A stretch of 64,000 nt of DNA, taken from positions 608,001 to 672,000 of the forward strand of contig OZ245006.1 in the NCBI GenBank assembly GCA_965223545.1, given 5' to 3'. This document shows, piece by piece, positions 17,162 to 26,508 of the stretch. Within the stretch, counting starts at the first letter, position 1; every line of letters begins with the position of its first letter. Origin of the DNA: Planctomycetota bacterium (GTDB lineage Bacteria > Planctomycetota > UBA1135 > UBA2386). The notes under the pieces were generated by a model. It made no database searches, had not been told where the DNA came from, and worked only from the letters and a program-made list of their open reading frames with translations. The translations under genes were made by a program, and so were the position numbers.

Positions 17162-19471
17162 TCACCCACCGAACGACAGCGCGCTCGCCGGTGTCAAGCC
17201 GAAGCCCAACGGCGCCGTGGCATCCAGGACCGCACCTTGCACGAACAGGCGCGCCCCCGACAACGCCGCAACGTCGGGCACCGGAATCGGCAGGCTGAAG
17301 AAGCCGCTCGCGTTGGTCGAGCGCGGCAGGACCAGCAGCTGGCGCGCGGGATCGACGGCGAGCACACAGCCGCCGCCCAGCGGCACGCTGGCTGCGGCAG
17401 CCGAGAACAGCACCACTCCGGGCCGGGAGCTCGCCCCGCCGAGGAGGTCCATGCCGAACTCGACGTTGCCCAACCGCGGGATGCCGTAGCCGACGAGGTC
17501 GGGCCCTCCGGCCACACAGCCACCACCGATGTCGGCGACCCCCGGCGCGGGGTCGTCGACGATCCACGTATCGCCATGGCGGCCGACGGCCTTGAGGCCG
17601 CCGAACATCACCGTCTGACCGCGACGCGCATCCCACACCTGCACGTGGTACGCACGCGCTGCATTCGCCGGCCCAGTGGGCAGCGCCTGCCAGGCAGTGC
17701 CGTCGAACGCCCAACAATCGGCCAGCACGGTCCCCGCCGCCTCGCCGCCACAAAGTACCACCGCTCGCAAGATCGGGTCATAGTGCATCCGCGCACCAGC
17801 GCGCGGCGAGGGACCCGCACCGGCCGGTGAGACCGCGCGCCAGGCCGAGCCGTCCCATTCCCACGTGTCGCCGAACTGGAGGGTCGAGAACCCGGCGTTG
17901 CGCTGTCCGCCAAACAACACCGTACGCCCCCGGGATGGGTCGAACGCGATGGCTGCCGCCTCGCGCGCCGACGGCGCTTGCCCGCTGACGACCGCAGTCC
18001 AATCCGTGCCGTCCCATTCCCAGGTGTCACCCAAGAAGGTGCTGTTCGGCCCGCGACCACCGAACAACACCGTCACGCCGCGGCTGCCGTCGTGCGCCAT
18101 CGCAAGACCCGCGCGAGCGCTCGGCGACCGAAACGGGCTTCGCTGCCGCCAGAGTGCTCCATCGAATTCCCAGGTCTGAGAATCCAGGAGGAGCGGCTCG
18201 CCCACGGCGGGTGCAACTCCACCGAACAACACACTGACGCTGCGCGTGCTGTCGAACGCCATGCCGGCTTCGAAGCGGCCAGTTGGCCCAGCCGTGCGCA
18301 CTTCGTTCCAGCCCAAGCCGTCCCACCGCCAGGTGTCGCCCGCCGAAACACTGGGCCCCCAGAACGTGACGCCACCAAAGACCACCAAGGCCCCGCGAGT
18401 GGAATCGTAGATCGCCGCCGCGCCGTTCCGCGCCGCCGGTGCGACCTCGGCCTCCAGCTGCCACGAGCGACCGAGGTCGCGGCGCCAAACATCCGCGGCC
18501 GATGTGGCCGCCAACCCGGGACCCGCAGAGGCGACGACGCGTTGGCCGCCGACAAGCACGGCAGCCCGGCGGCTGGTGTGATAAACCGCCGCCGCTTGAT
18601 GGCGGGCGCTGACTCCGGGAGTCGCCGTCCAGCCCACTCCATCGAACTCCCAGCTGTCTCCGTAGGCGGTGGTCGGCGGGGCCGATGGGAGTGCAGCCGA
18701 GTACCAGCCGCCGACGACCACCACGCGGCGCCGGTCGCGGTCGTAGTAAACCGCAGCGCCTTGGCGCGGGGACGGGGCTCCACTCGCTACGATCTGCGAC
18801 CACTGCACACCGTCCCACTCCCACAGCTCCGAGTCCACGCCGCCGAACAGGACCACGCGACCGCGCGCCACGTCGTACACCATCTCGTGGCGGAACCGAG
18901 GACCGGGAGCCCCCACGATCGTCGCAGCGGTCATGGGCAACCAACTGTTCCCATCCCACTCCCACGTGTCGGCGAAGGTCGTGCCTTGCCGAGCCCCGCC
19001 GTACAGCACGACCCGGCCACGGCGCTCATCGTAGGCCATCGCCGCGCCAAACCGCGCGGCGGGTGCGATGGAGGGCGATCGCTGCTGCCACCGGACCCCA
19101 TCCCACTCCCAGGTATCGCCTAGAACGCCGTTCGGCCGGCTCCCTCCGAACACCACGGTCCGGCCGCGGGCGACATCGAACGCCATCGCGAACGAGGAAC
19201 GCAGGGGCGGTGCCGAAGACGGCCGGCGCAGGACGAAGGCGCCGCCATCGCTCTCCCAGGTGTCGTTGACCCGGATTCCGTCGACCGTGCCACCGAACAG
19301 GACGACGCGATCGCGGACGCTGTCGTAGACCATGCGGTGGCCGCTGACCGGCGTGAGGACATCCAGCTGGCGCCACTCTCGCTGCGCCAGAGCCGGAGAA
19401 GGAACAAAGACCAGAAGCACGACAGCCGTGGCCGTGCGAGGCAAGCGAGTCGAGTGCACAAAGCTCTCCAA
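17162..19471 (-). CDS. Secreted protein with 12 kelch-like repeats (two propellers) and conserved C-terminal domain
   Basis: Signal peptide ending ALAQ; 12 x (M.YD..R.RVVLFGG...DTWEWDG); C-terminal IGGGC...GGGCVLAVDP...LPIPVP...APLGFGLT. Confidence 0.88.
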   Translation of the reverse strand: MESFVHSTRLPRTATAVVLLVFVPSPALAQREWRQLDVLTPVSGHRMVYDSVRDRVVLFGGTVDGIRVNDTWESDGGAFVLRRPSSAPPLRSSFAMAFDVARGRTVVFGGSRPNGVLGDTWEWDGVRWQQRSPSIAPAARFGAAMAYDERRGRVVLYGGARQGTTFADTWEWDGNSWLPMTAATIVGAPGPRFRHEMVYDVARGRVVLFGGVDSELWEWDGVQWSQIVASGAPSPRQGAAVYYDRDRRRVVVVGGWYSAALPSAPPTTAYGDSWEFDGVGWTATPGVSARHQAAAVYHTSRRAAVLVGGQRVVASAGPGLAATSAADVWRRDLGRSWQLEAEVAPAARNGAAAIYDSTRGALVVFGGVTFWGPSVSAGDTWRWDGLGWNEVRTAGPTGRFEAGMAFDSTRSVSVLFGGVAPAVGEPLLLDSQTWEFDGALWRQRSPFRSPSARAGLAMAHDGSRGVTVLFGGRGPNSTFLGDTWEWDGTDWTAVVSGQAPSAREAAAIAFDPSRGRTVLFGGQRNAGFSTLQFGDTWEWDGSAWRAVSPAGAGPSPRAGARMHYDPILRAVVLCGGEAAGTVLADCWAFDGTAWQALPTGPANAARAYHVQVWDARRGQTVMFGGLKAVGRHGDTWIVDDPAPGVADIGGGCVAGGPDLVGYGIPRLGNVEFGMDLLGGASSRPGVVLFSAAAASVPLGGGCVLAVDPARQLLVLPRSTNASGFFSLPIPVPDVAALSGARLFVQGAVLDATAPLGFGLTPASALSFGG

Positions 19472-19601
19472 GGTACGCGAGGGGGGGCCCAGGGACCGGA
19501 CTGGTACTGGGTACTCGCAAAACGCAGCCCGAAGCGGCAGAAGTTTCTGGGCTCTGACCGCAGGGCCGATCGGTCGCAGCTCGACGTATCATGGACTCGC
19601 C

Positions 19602-20582
19602 ATGCCAGCGCCGGCCCCTCGATGGAGAACGTTCGCCCGGCGCTCTCTCTTGGCCGTGACCGGCGGGCTCGCGGCTCTCGGTGCGCTAGAGCTGGCGCTG
19701 CGCGCTCTGGTCCCCGACCGCACTTTCGACGCGGCCGACGACATGACGTGGATGCGAGACGGAGGAGCCGCGGTCGCGCGCGCGTTCACGGTCGACCCCG
19801 AGTTCGGGTTCCGCCCGATCATCCCCGGCGCCAAGTACAACGAGTGGGGCACCATGCGCAACGAGTACTCGCTGCGCAAGACCGCGGACCGAACTCGCCT
19901 GCTGTTCGTCGGGGACTCCGTCACTCATCGCGCCAGGATCGTCGACGGCCTGCGCGCCCTGTACGGCGAAGAGCACTACGAATGGTGGAACGCCGGCGTC
20001 GAGTCGTTCGCGCCGGTGCAGTACGTGCGCTACTACCGCCGCTACAACCGCGCCATCCACCCCGACCACGTCGTCGTCACCTTCCACCTCAACGACTTTG
20101 CCACGACCCCGGTGGCGTTCATCGACGGCGAGGGGCGCTTGCAGGTGTTCTCGCCGAAGCGGCCGCTCACGGAGATCAACGCCTGGGCGTTCCAACACAT
20201 CCGCATCTACCGAGCGTGGCTCGGCTTCACCGGGACTCTACGGACCCAGGACAATCAGAACGCGGTCCGCGCCGAGGTCCGCGCGGCCCTGGCCGAGCTC
20301 CGGGATCTGGTGAGGGAGGACGGCGGCCGGCTGACCATCGTTCTGCACCCGATGATGATCCCACTGCGGGACTGGTCGCCGGCCGACCGAGAGAACCACG
20401 AAGTCGCGGAGCGCATGTTCGGCGAGCTCGGCCTCCGCTACTTCACCCTGACCGACGCGCTGGAGAGAGGGCTCGCAGCCGGTGTCGAGGCCGCGGGCCC
20501 GGACCACCATCACCCGTCGCCCGAGATCGCGCGCTACTTCGCGCGGTCGCTCCACGCCCGCGGACTGCTTCGCTCCGAGTGA
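19602..20582 (+). CDS. Membrane-anchored SGNH/GDSL hydrolase-like protein
   Basis: N-terminal TM; LFVGDSVT, NAG, FHLND, DHHHPS. Confidence 0.8.
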   Translation: MPAPAPRWRTFARRSLLAVTGGLAALGALELALRALVPDRTFDAADDMTWMRDGGAAVARAFTVDPEFGFRPIIPGAKYNEWGTMRNEYSLRKTADRTRLLFVGDSVTHRARIVDGLRALYGEEHYEWWNAGVESFAPVQYVRYYRRYNRAIHPDHVVVTFHLNDFATTPVAFIDGEGRLQVFSPKRPLTEINAWAFQHIRIYRAWLGFTGTLRTQDNQNAVRAEVRAALAELRDLVREDGGRLTIVLHPMMIPLRDWSPADRENHEVAERMFGELGLRYFTLTDALERGLAAGVEAAGPDHHHPSPEIARYFARSLHARGLLRSE

Positions 20583-20642
20583 CGCACCGCCGTCAACCGG
20601 GACGCGCAGCACGCTGAGGGTGCGTCGCCTATCATTGGACGC

Positions 20643-22148
20643 ATGGGATCTAGAGTGAAGAAGCTGGTGGCCGTCTCGTTGGCGACCGCTCTCCTCCTGG
20701 AACTGACACTGCAGGCCGGCTACCTCGCTTTGTGGCTGTGGTATCCGCGCCACGCGGATCTCGCCGTGCGGGCCGGCGACCGCGTGGTTCTCTGTATCGG
20801 CGACTCCTATACGTACGGAATGGGAGCCAGCACGCGGGCCGCCTCGTATCCCGCACAGCTGGAACGGATCCTCCGCGAAGAGCTCGCCGACCGGTGGTGC
20901 GTGGTCAACGACGGCTGGCCGGGACGGGCGAGCCGCGAGGCGCTGCAACGGCTCGACGACAACCTGCGCCGCTACCGGCCCGAACTCGTCTACGTGATCA
21001 TCGGCACCAACGACCGGCACGTCCGCCCTGAGGCGCTCGTGCTGCCTCGCGAAAGCGCAGTCTCCGAGAACGACTCGGGATTCGAGCTCAAGTGGCGCAC
21101 CGGCAAGCTGCTGGCGCTCTTTGCGGCGGTGGGAGAAGCCGAGCAGTCCACGCACGCGGACATCGGCAAAGGTGCCGACGCCGGCCCACGGGCCGATGAC
21201 CCGTGGCGGCATGAGGCCGAGGGCGACCACGACAGTGCGCTCGCCATCTACCGCACCCGTCTCCGATCGGCAGCAGCCGGTTCGCAGGCCGAAGCAGAGT
21301 GCCACCGGCACATCGCGCGGATCCTCGCCAAGGCCGGAGACCCCACCGGCGCCGGCGCCGCGATCGACTGGCTGCGCAACGCCTACGCCCGCGCACCATC
21401 CGAGGACGCCGCGGTGCGGCTGCTGCGCGCCCTCTGCACCGCCAAGCGCGACCGGGAAGCTCTCGAGCTCGCCCAAGCACTCCGCGTCTCGCACCCGCGG
21501 AACGCCGACATCTTGTGCGACCACGCGGCGCTATCGCTGCGCCGCCGCGACCACGAGCAAGCCAAGCGCAGCATCGAGCGCGCAGTCGAGCTCGATCCCG
21601 ACAACCCGCGCATCTGGACCACGCGGCGTTCGATCTACTGGATGTCCGACCCGGTCGAGGCGACGCGCAGCGCCGTGCGCTCGTATGCGATCTCCGGCGG
21701 CCTGCAGCAGGCGAAGTGGATGGTCGGGCTCCGCGATCGGGTGTCGGACGAGGTGTTTACCGCACTGTGCGCAGAGCTGATCGCGGATCGGGATGCGCGC
21801 GCGGCGCTGCACGCCCTGTGGACGCAAGACGACCGCGACGAGGGCCGAGATCGCGCCGCGCTCGTCTGGCTGAGCCATCTCCGCCAGATCGTGGAACGTA
21901 CCCGACGCGCGGGGGCTACCCCCGTTCTCGCCACCTACCCGCATCGCAATCCGTTCCCCGCCGAGCTGACTGCGCTCCGCCGCGACACCGGGGTCACTGT
22001 TCTGGATCTGCACGCGGAGTTCAGAAGAGCCCGCCGCGCCGCGCCGACGGTCGAGCTGTTCGCCGGCGACGGCCATTGCAACGACGCCGGCTACCGCCTG
22101 ATGGCCGACCTCGTCGCCCGCGATGCCGTCTCGCGCGTGGGATCGTAG
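20643..22148 (+). CDS. Membrane-anchored SGNH/GDSL protein with internal TPR region
   Basis: IGDSYTYG, NDGWPG, IIGTND; helical TPR-like block (ERAVELDPDNPRIW); C-terminal GDGHCN.AGY..MA. Confidence 0.8.
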   Translation: MGSRVKKLVAVSLATALLLELTLQAGYLALWLWYPRHADLAVRAGDRVVLCIGDSYTYGMGASTRAASYPAQLERILREELADRWCVVNDGWPGRASREALQRLDDNLRRYRPELVYVIIGTNDRHVRPEALVLPRESAVSENDSGFELKWRTGKLLALFAAVGEAEQSTHADIGKGADAGPRADDPWRHEAEGDHDSALAIYRTRLRSAAAGSQAEAECHRHIARILAKAGDPTGAGAAIDWLRNAYARAPSEDAAVRLLRALCTAKRDREALELAQALRVSHPRNADILCDHAALSLRRRDHEQAKRSIERAVELDPDNPRIWTTRRSIYWMSDPVEATRSAVRSYAISGGLQQAKWMVGLRDRVSDEVFTALCAELIADRDARAALHALWTQDDRDEGRDRAALVWLSHLRQIVERTRRAGATPVLATYPHRNPFPAELTALRRDTGVTVLDLHAEFRRARRAAPTVELFAGDGHCNDAGYRLMADLVARDAVSRVGS

Positions 22149-22226
22149 TCGCGGACCGAAGACGCGCGGACATGCATTGTCCCGACCCTCGGGTTTTGCC
22201 GAAGAAAGCCAGGTGGAGCAGCACGG

Positions 22227-25200
22227 GTGGCGCGTCGAAAACCACGCGTTGCCCTGTCGCATCCGACCTCTACGGTAGCGCCCTTCATCACCCCCCCAAT
22301 CCCGACGTTGAGCCAGCCCTTCACACTCTTCGAGGTCTCCTGGGAGGTCTGCAACAAGGCCTCCGGCGTGCACACGGTGCTCGCATCCAAAGCCCGCAGC
22401 ATCGTCGACCAGCTCGGCGACGACTACGTCGCGGTCGGCCCCTGGCTGCTGTCCGATTCCGACCGAGAGGTCCCGTTCGACGAGGAGCACGGCCTGGACG
22501 CGTTTCGCGACGCCTGTCGCGCCGCCGGGACGCCGATCCGCGTCGGCCGGTGGCGCGTGCCCGGCCGGCCGCGCACCGTCTTGGTCGAGTTCTCGCAGCT
22601 GTACGACCAACGCGACGAGATCCTCGGCGAGCTCTGGGATGCCTTCGGCGTCGACTCGATCTCCGGCGACTGGGACTACGTCGAGCCCCTGCTGTTCGGT
22701 TGGGCGGCGGGACGCGTGCTCGAGACCTGGCGCGAGGAGTTCTTGGCGCCGCGCCGCCGGCGCGCGGTCGTGCAGTGCCACGAGTGGCTCACCGGCTCGA
22801 CCGTCCTGTATCTGCGGCGCCACGTGCCGGCGCTCGCCACCGTGCTGACCGCCCACGGCACCGTGCTCGGCCGGGCACTCGCCACCGCCGAGCACGCCCT
22901 GCAGAATGCGCTGGCCGAGGCCGAGCCGGCCGAGCTCGCCGAGACCCACGGCGTCACCGCCAAGCACTCGCTCGAGGGCATCGCCACCCGGGAGGCGGAC
23001 GTCGTCGGCACCGTCAGCGACACCACCGCCCGCGAGCTCGAGCTGCTGCACGGACGCTCGGGTGCGGAGGTGCTCCCGTGCGGCCTGGATCTCGCCACCA
23101 TTGCCGAGGCCGCGACCCCGACCGCGGTGGCCGACGCCCGCGAAGCATTGCTCGGCCTGGCGCGCAGCTTCCTCGGGCTTGCAGACCTCGGCGACGCCGC
23201 GCTGATCGGCACCGCCGGCCGCTACGAGTTCCACAACAAGGGCTTCGACCTGCTACTCGACGCGCTGGCGGAGCTCAACGACCAAGCCGGTCGACCCGTG
23301 GTCGCGTTCCTGTTGGCCCCGGCACCGAACTCCGGCGTGCGCTCCGAAGTCCTCGAGCGGCTGGCCGGCGAGCGCCCCGCCGACGGTCCGCTCGGCGTCT
23401 GCACCCACAATCTGTTCGACGAAGACCGCGATCCGATCCAGACCCACTGTGCCCGCTTGGGCCTCGACAACGCGCCGCAACAGCGGGTCAAGGTCATCCA
23501 TCTGCCGGTGTTCGCCGCCGCCGACGACGGCCTGCTCGGCCAGAGCTACGACGCTCTGCTGGGCGCGGTGCACGCCACCTGCTTCCCCTCGTACTACGAG
23601 CCGTGGGGACTGGCACCGCAGGAAAGCCTGGCGGTGGGCGTGCCGACGGTGACCACCGACTGCACCGGCTTCGGGCGGTGGGCACGCGAGCAGTCGCTCG
23701 GCGCCGACGCCGGCATCTGGGTGCTCGACCGCGAGCGGGCGCCATCGCCGTCCGTGGTCACGGCGCTCACCGGCATTCTCGAAGAGCTGATCGGCCGCGA
23801 CCTCCACGACACCGAACTCGCGCAGGTCTGCCGGCGCACCGCGGTGCGCTTCGGCTGGCCCGACCTCATCGACCGCTACCGGCAGGCGTGGCGCCGCGCG
23901 CTCGAGAGCCTCGACACCCGCTCGGCGCAGGGCATCACCCAAGCACGGCGCCCGCGGCGCCGGCTCGCGGTGCAGGCGGCGGCGAACGCCACCGAGCCCC
24001 GGCTGGTGCCCTTCACCGTGTCCGCCACTCTGCCCGAACCGCTGATCGGCCTGCGCGCCTTGGCGCGCAACCTGTGGTGGTGCTGGAGCCCCCACCGCGC
24101 GCTGTTCGAAGAGCTCTCGCCGCGCGCCTGGGAAAGCAGCGGCCACAACCCGGTCGCCGTGCTGCAGAACGCCTACGCGGACGACCTGCGCGAGCGCGCC
24201 GCCGACGGGGACTACTGCGCCCGCGTCCAGCGCGCCTCCGCCGAGCTCGACGAGTACCTCTCACAACGGCCGCAGGGCGGCACCGACGGCCCCTCCGCCG
24301 ACCGGCCCGTCGCCTACTTCTGCGCCGAGTTCGGCCTGCACGAGTCGCTGCCAATCTACAGCGGCGGCCTCGGCATCCTCGCCGGCGACCACCTCAAGTC
24401 GGCGAGCGACCTCAACGTCCCGCTGGTCGCGGTCGGCCTGTTCTACCGGATGGGCTACATGGGCCAGCGGCTCACCGCGGCCGGTGAGCAGGTGGCGATC
24501 GATCGAGAGAACGATCCCGACCGGCTGCCGCTCGACGCGGTCCTCGATCCGAACGGCGAGCCGCTGCACATCACGCTGAAGCTCCCCGGCCGCTCGTTGA
24601 CCCTGCGCGCTTGGACCGTCGCGGTCGGCAGAGTCACGCTCTACTTGCTGGACAGCAACGTCGCGCAGAACCTGGCCGAGGACCGCGACATCACCCGCAA
24701 CCTCTACGGCGGCGACGCCGAGACGCGCATCGTGCAGGAGATCGTGCTCGGCCGCGGCGGCGTTCGCCTGCTGCGCCAGCTCGACATCCACCCCTCCGTC
24801 TACCACATGAACGAGGGCCACGCCGCGTTCCTCACGCTGGAGCGCATCGCGCGGCTGGTGCGCGAAGAGGGCCTGACCTTCGACGCGGCGCGCGAAATGG
24901 TGCGGGGCACGACCCTGTTCACTACGCACACCCCGGTCCCCGCCGGCCACGACCGCTTCAACGAGGACCTGATGCGGCGCTACTTCTCCGACGCGGCCGA
25001 GTGGGTCGGCCTGCCGTGGGAGCGGTTCTACGCGCTCGGCAACGACGGCGGCGAGGGCGGCGAGTTCAACATGACCCACCTGGCGCTCGCCTTCAGCAGC
25101 TGGCGCAACGGCGTCAGCAAGCTGCACGGCGAGGTGTCGCGCTCGCTGCTGGCGGGGTTCTGGCCCGCGCTGCTGGAGAGCGAGGTGCCGATCGCGTCCG

Positions 25201-26483
25201 TGACCAACGGCATCCACCTCAAGACCTGGACCAGTCCCGAGATCCTCACCCTCTCCGCAACCGAGCCGGCGCCGGATCCCGCAGCCCTGTGGCGCGCGCG
25301 GGGTCAGCTCAAGCGCCGCTTGCTCGACGCGGTCGAAGCGCGGCTCAAAGCGAGCTTCGTCGCCCGCGGCGACAGTCCCGCGCTGCTCGAACAGCTGTTG
25401 GGTGGCCTCGACGAAAACGCCCTGTTGATCGGCTTCGCCCGGCGGTTCGCGCCCTACAAGCGCGCCGACCTGATGTTCACCGACCGCGACCGCCTGCAGG
25501 CGCTGCTCGACGATACCGAGCGCCCGGTGCGCGTCCTGGTCGCCGGCAAGGCGCACCCGCGTGACGAGCGCGGCAAGGAGATCGTCCGGGCCGTGGTCGA
25601 GCGCAGCCGCGAGCCGGCGTTTCGCGGCCGCGTCATCTTCCTCGAGGACTACGACATGGCGCTCGCGTACGCCCTGGTGTGCGGCGTCGACGTCTGGCTC
25701 AACAACCCGATCCGACCGATGGAGGCGAGCGGCACGTCGGGCATGAAGGCCGCCGCCAACGGCGCCCTCAACCTGTCGGTCAGCGACGGCTGGTGGCCCG
25801 AGGGGTTCGACGGCAACAACGGCTGGGTCATCGGCGACGTCGCCGGCTACGACGATCAAGAGCTGCAGAATCTGGCCGACGCGAGCGCTCTCTACCGCAC
25901 TCTCGAAGAAGAAGTGGTGCCCCTGTACTTCGACCGCGATGCCGCCGGCGTCCCGCAGGGGTGGATGGCGCGCGTGGCCCACACGCTGGCCAGCATCCCG
26001 CCGCAGTTCAACACCGACCGCATGGTCTCCGACTATCTGCGGCAGGCCTACCGGCCGCTGGCCACCGCCTATCACACGCTGGGCGCCGACCACCGCGCCC
26101 TGGCGCAGCACCGCGCGCGCGAGCTCGCGCGGCTGCGCCGCGGCTTCGAGCAGGTCGCCTTCGTGCAGGCACAAGTGGTCGACCTGAGCCAGCTGCGCGT
26201 CGGCGAGGCATTCGAGGTCCGCGCCGAGGTCGAGCTCGGCAGCCTGTCCGCCGAGGACGTCACCGTCGAGCTGGTGCTCGGCCACGCCGACGGGCCGCGC
26301 AACCTGCGCAACCTCACCGCCGTGACGCTGGCGGCGACCGGCCCGGCGCAGGGCAGCGTGGGGGCCTTCTCCGGCACGCACACGCTGGAACGCTCCGGCC
26401 GCTACGCGCACGGCCTTCGCGTCCGCGCGCGCGCTCCGGACCTGCCGGGCGGGCCGATCAACGATCTGGTCGTCTGGGCGTGA
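22227..26483 (+). CDS. glgP: GT3-type glycogen synthase fused to alpha-glucan phosphorylase (GT35)
   Basis: N-half: FEVSWEVCNK, HEWLTG, GRYEFHNKGFD, PSYYEPWGLAPQE. C-half: NLWWCW, YSGGLGILAGDHLKSASDL, HMNEGH, FTTHTPVPAGHD, ARRFAPYKR, EASGTSGMK. Start may be TTG 22308. Confidence 0.92.
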   Translation: MARRKPRVALSHPTSTVAPFITPPIPTLSQPFTLFEVSWEVCNKASGVHTVLASKARSIVDQLGDDYVAVGPWLLSDSDREVPFDEEHGLDAFRDACRAAGTPIRVGRWRVPGRPRTVLVEFSQLYDQRDEILGELWDAFGVDSISGDWDYVEPLLFGWAAGRVLETWREEFLAPRRRRAVVQCHEWLTGSTVLYLRRHVPALATVLTAHGTVLGRALATAEHALQNALAEAEPAELAETHGVTAKHSLEGIATREADVVGTVSDTTARELELLHGRSGAEVLPCGLDLATIAEAATPTAVADAREALLGLARSFLGLADLGDAALIGTAGRYEFHNKGFDLLLDALAELNDQAGRPVVAFLLAPAPNSGVRSEVLERLAGERPADGPLGVCTHNLFDEDRDPIQTHCARLGLDNAPQQRVKVIHLPVFAAADDGLLGQSYDALLGAVHATCFPSYYEPWGLAPQESLAVGVPTVTTDCTGFGRWAREQSLGADAGIWVLDRERAPSPSVVTALTGILEELIGRDLHDTELAQVCRRTAVRFGWPDLIDRYRQAWRRALESLDTRSAQGITQARRPRRRLAVQAAANATEPRLVPFTVSATLPEPLIGLRALARNLWWCWSPHRALFEELSPRAWESSGHNPVAVLQNAYADDLRERAADGDYCARVQRASAELDEYLSQRPQGGTDGPSADRPVAYFCAEFGLHESLPIYSGGLGILAGDHLKSASDLNVPLVAVGLFYRMGYMGQRLTAAGEQVAIDRENDPDRLPLDAVLDPNGEPLHITLKLPGRSLTLRAWTVAVGRVTLYLLDSNVAQNLAEDRDITRNLYGGDAETRIVQEIVLGRGGVRLLRQLDIHPSVYHMNEGHAAFLTLERIARLVREEGLTFDAAREMVRGTTLFTTHTPVPAGHDRFNEDLMRRYFSDAAEWVGLPWERFYALGNDGGEGGEFNMTHLALAFSSWRNGVSKLHGEVSRSLLAGFWPALLESEVPIASVTNGIHLKTWTSPEILTLSATEPAPDPAALWRARGQLKRRLLDAVEARLKASFVARGDSPALLEQLLGGLDENALLIGFARRFAPYKRADLMFTDRDRLQALLDDTERPVRVLVAGKAHPRDERGKEIVRAVVERSREPAFRGRVIFLEDYDMALAYALVCGVDVWLNNPIRPMEASGTSGMKAAANGALNLSVSDGWWPEGFDGNNGWVIGDVAGYDDQELQNLADASALYRTLEEEVVPLYFDRDAAGVPQGWMARVAHTLASIPPQFNTDRMVSDYLRQAYRPLATAYHTLGADHRALAQHRARELARLRRGFEQVAFVQAQVVDLSQLRVGEAFEVRAEVELGSLSAEDVTVELVLGHADGPRNLRNLTAVTLAATGPAQGSVGAFSGTHTLERSGRYAHGLRVRARAPDLPGGPINDLVVWA

Positions 26484-26508
26484 GGCCGGACGTCAACCGG
26501 CGCGGGCG

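Noticed and set aside
17600..19340. Recurrent TCCCA(C/T)TCCCA DNA motif as a non-coding repeat array
   Set aside because: It is the reverse complement of WEWD codons in the kelch-like protein repeats
21299..24487. 1062-aa Arg/Pro-rich ORF and similar long alternative-frame ORFs (e.g. 374-2596, 9458-12214, 24261-26411, 37698-39896)
   Set aside because: Typical high-GC shadow ORFs overlapping well-supported genes; no motifs
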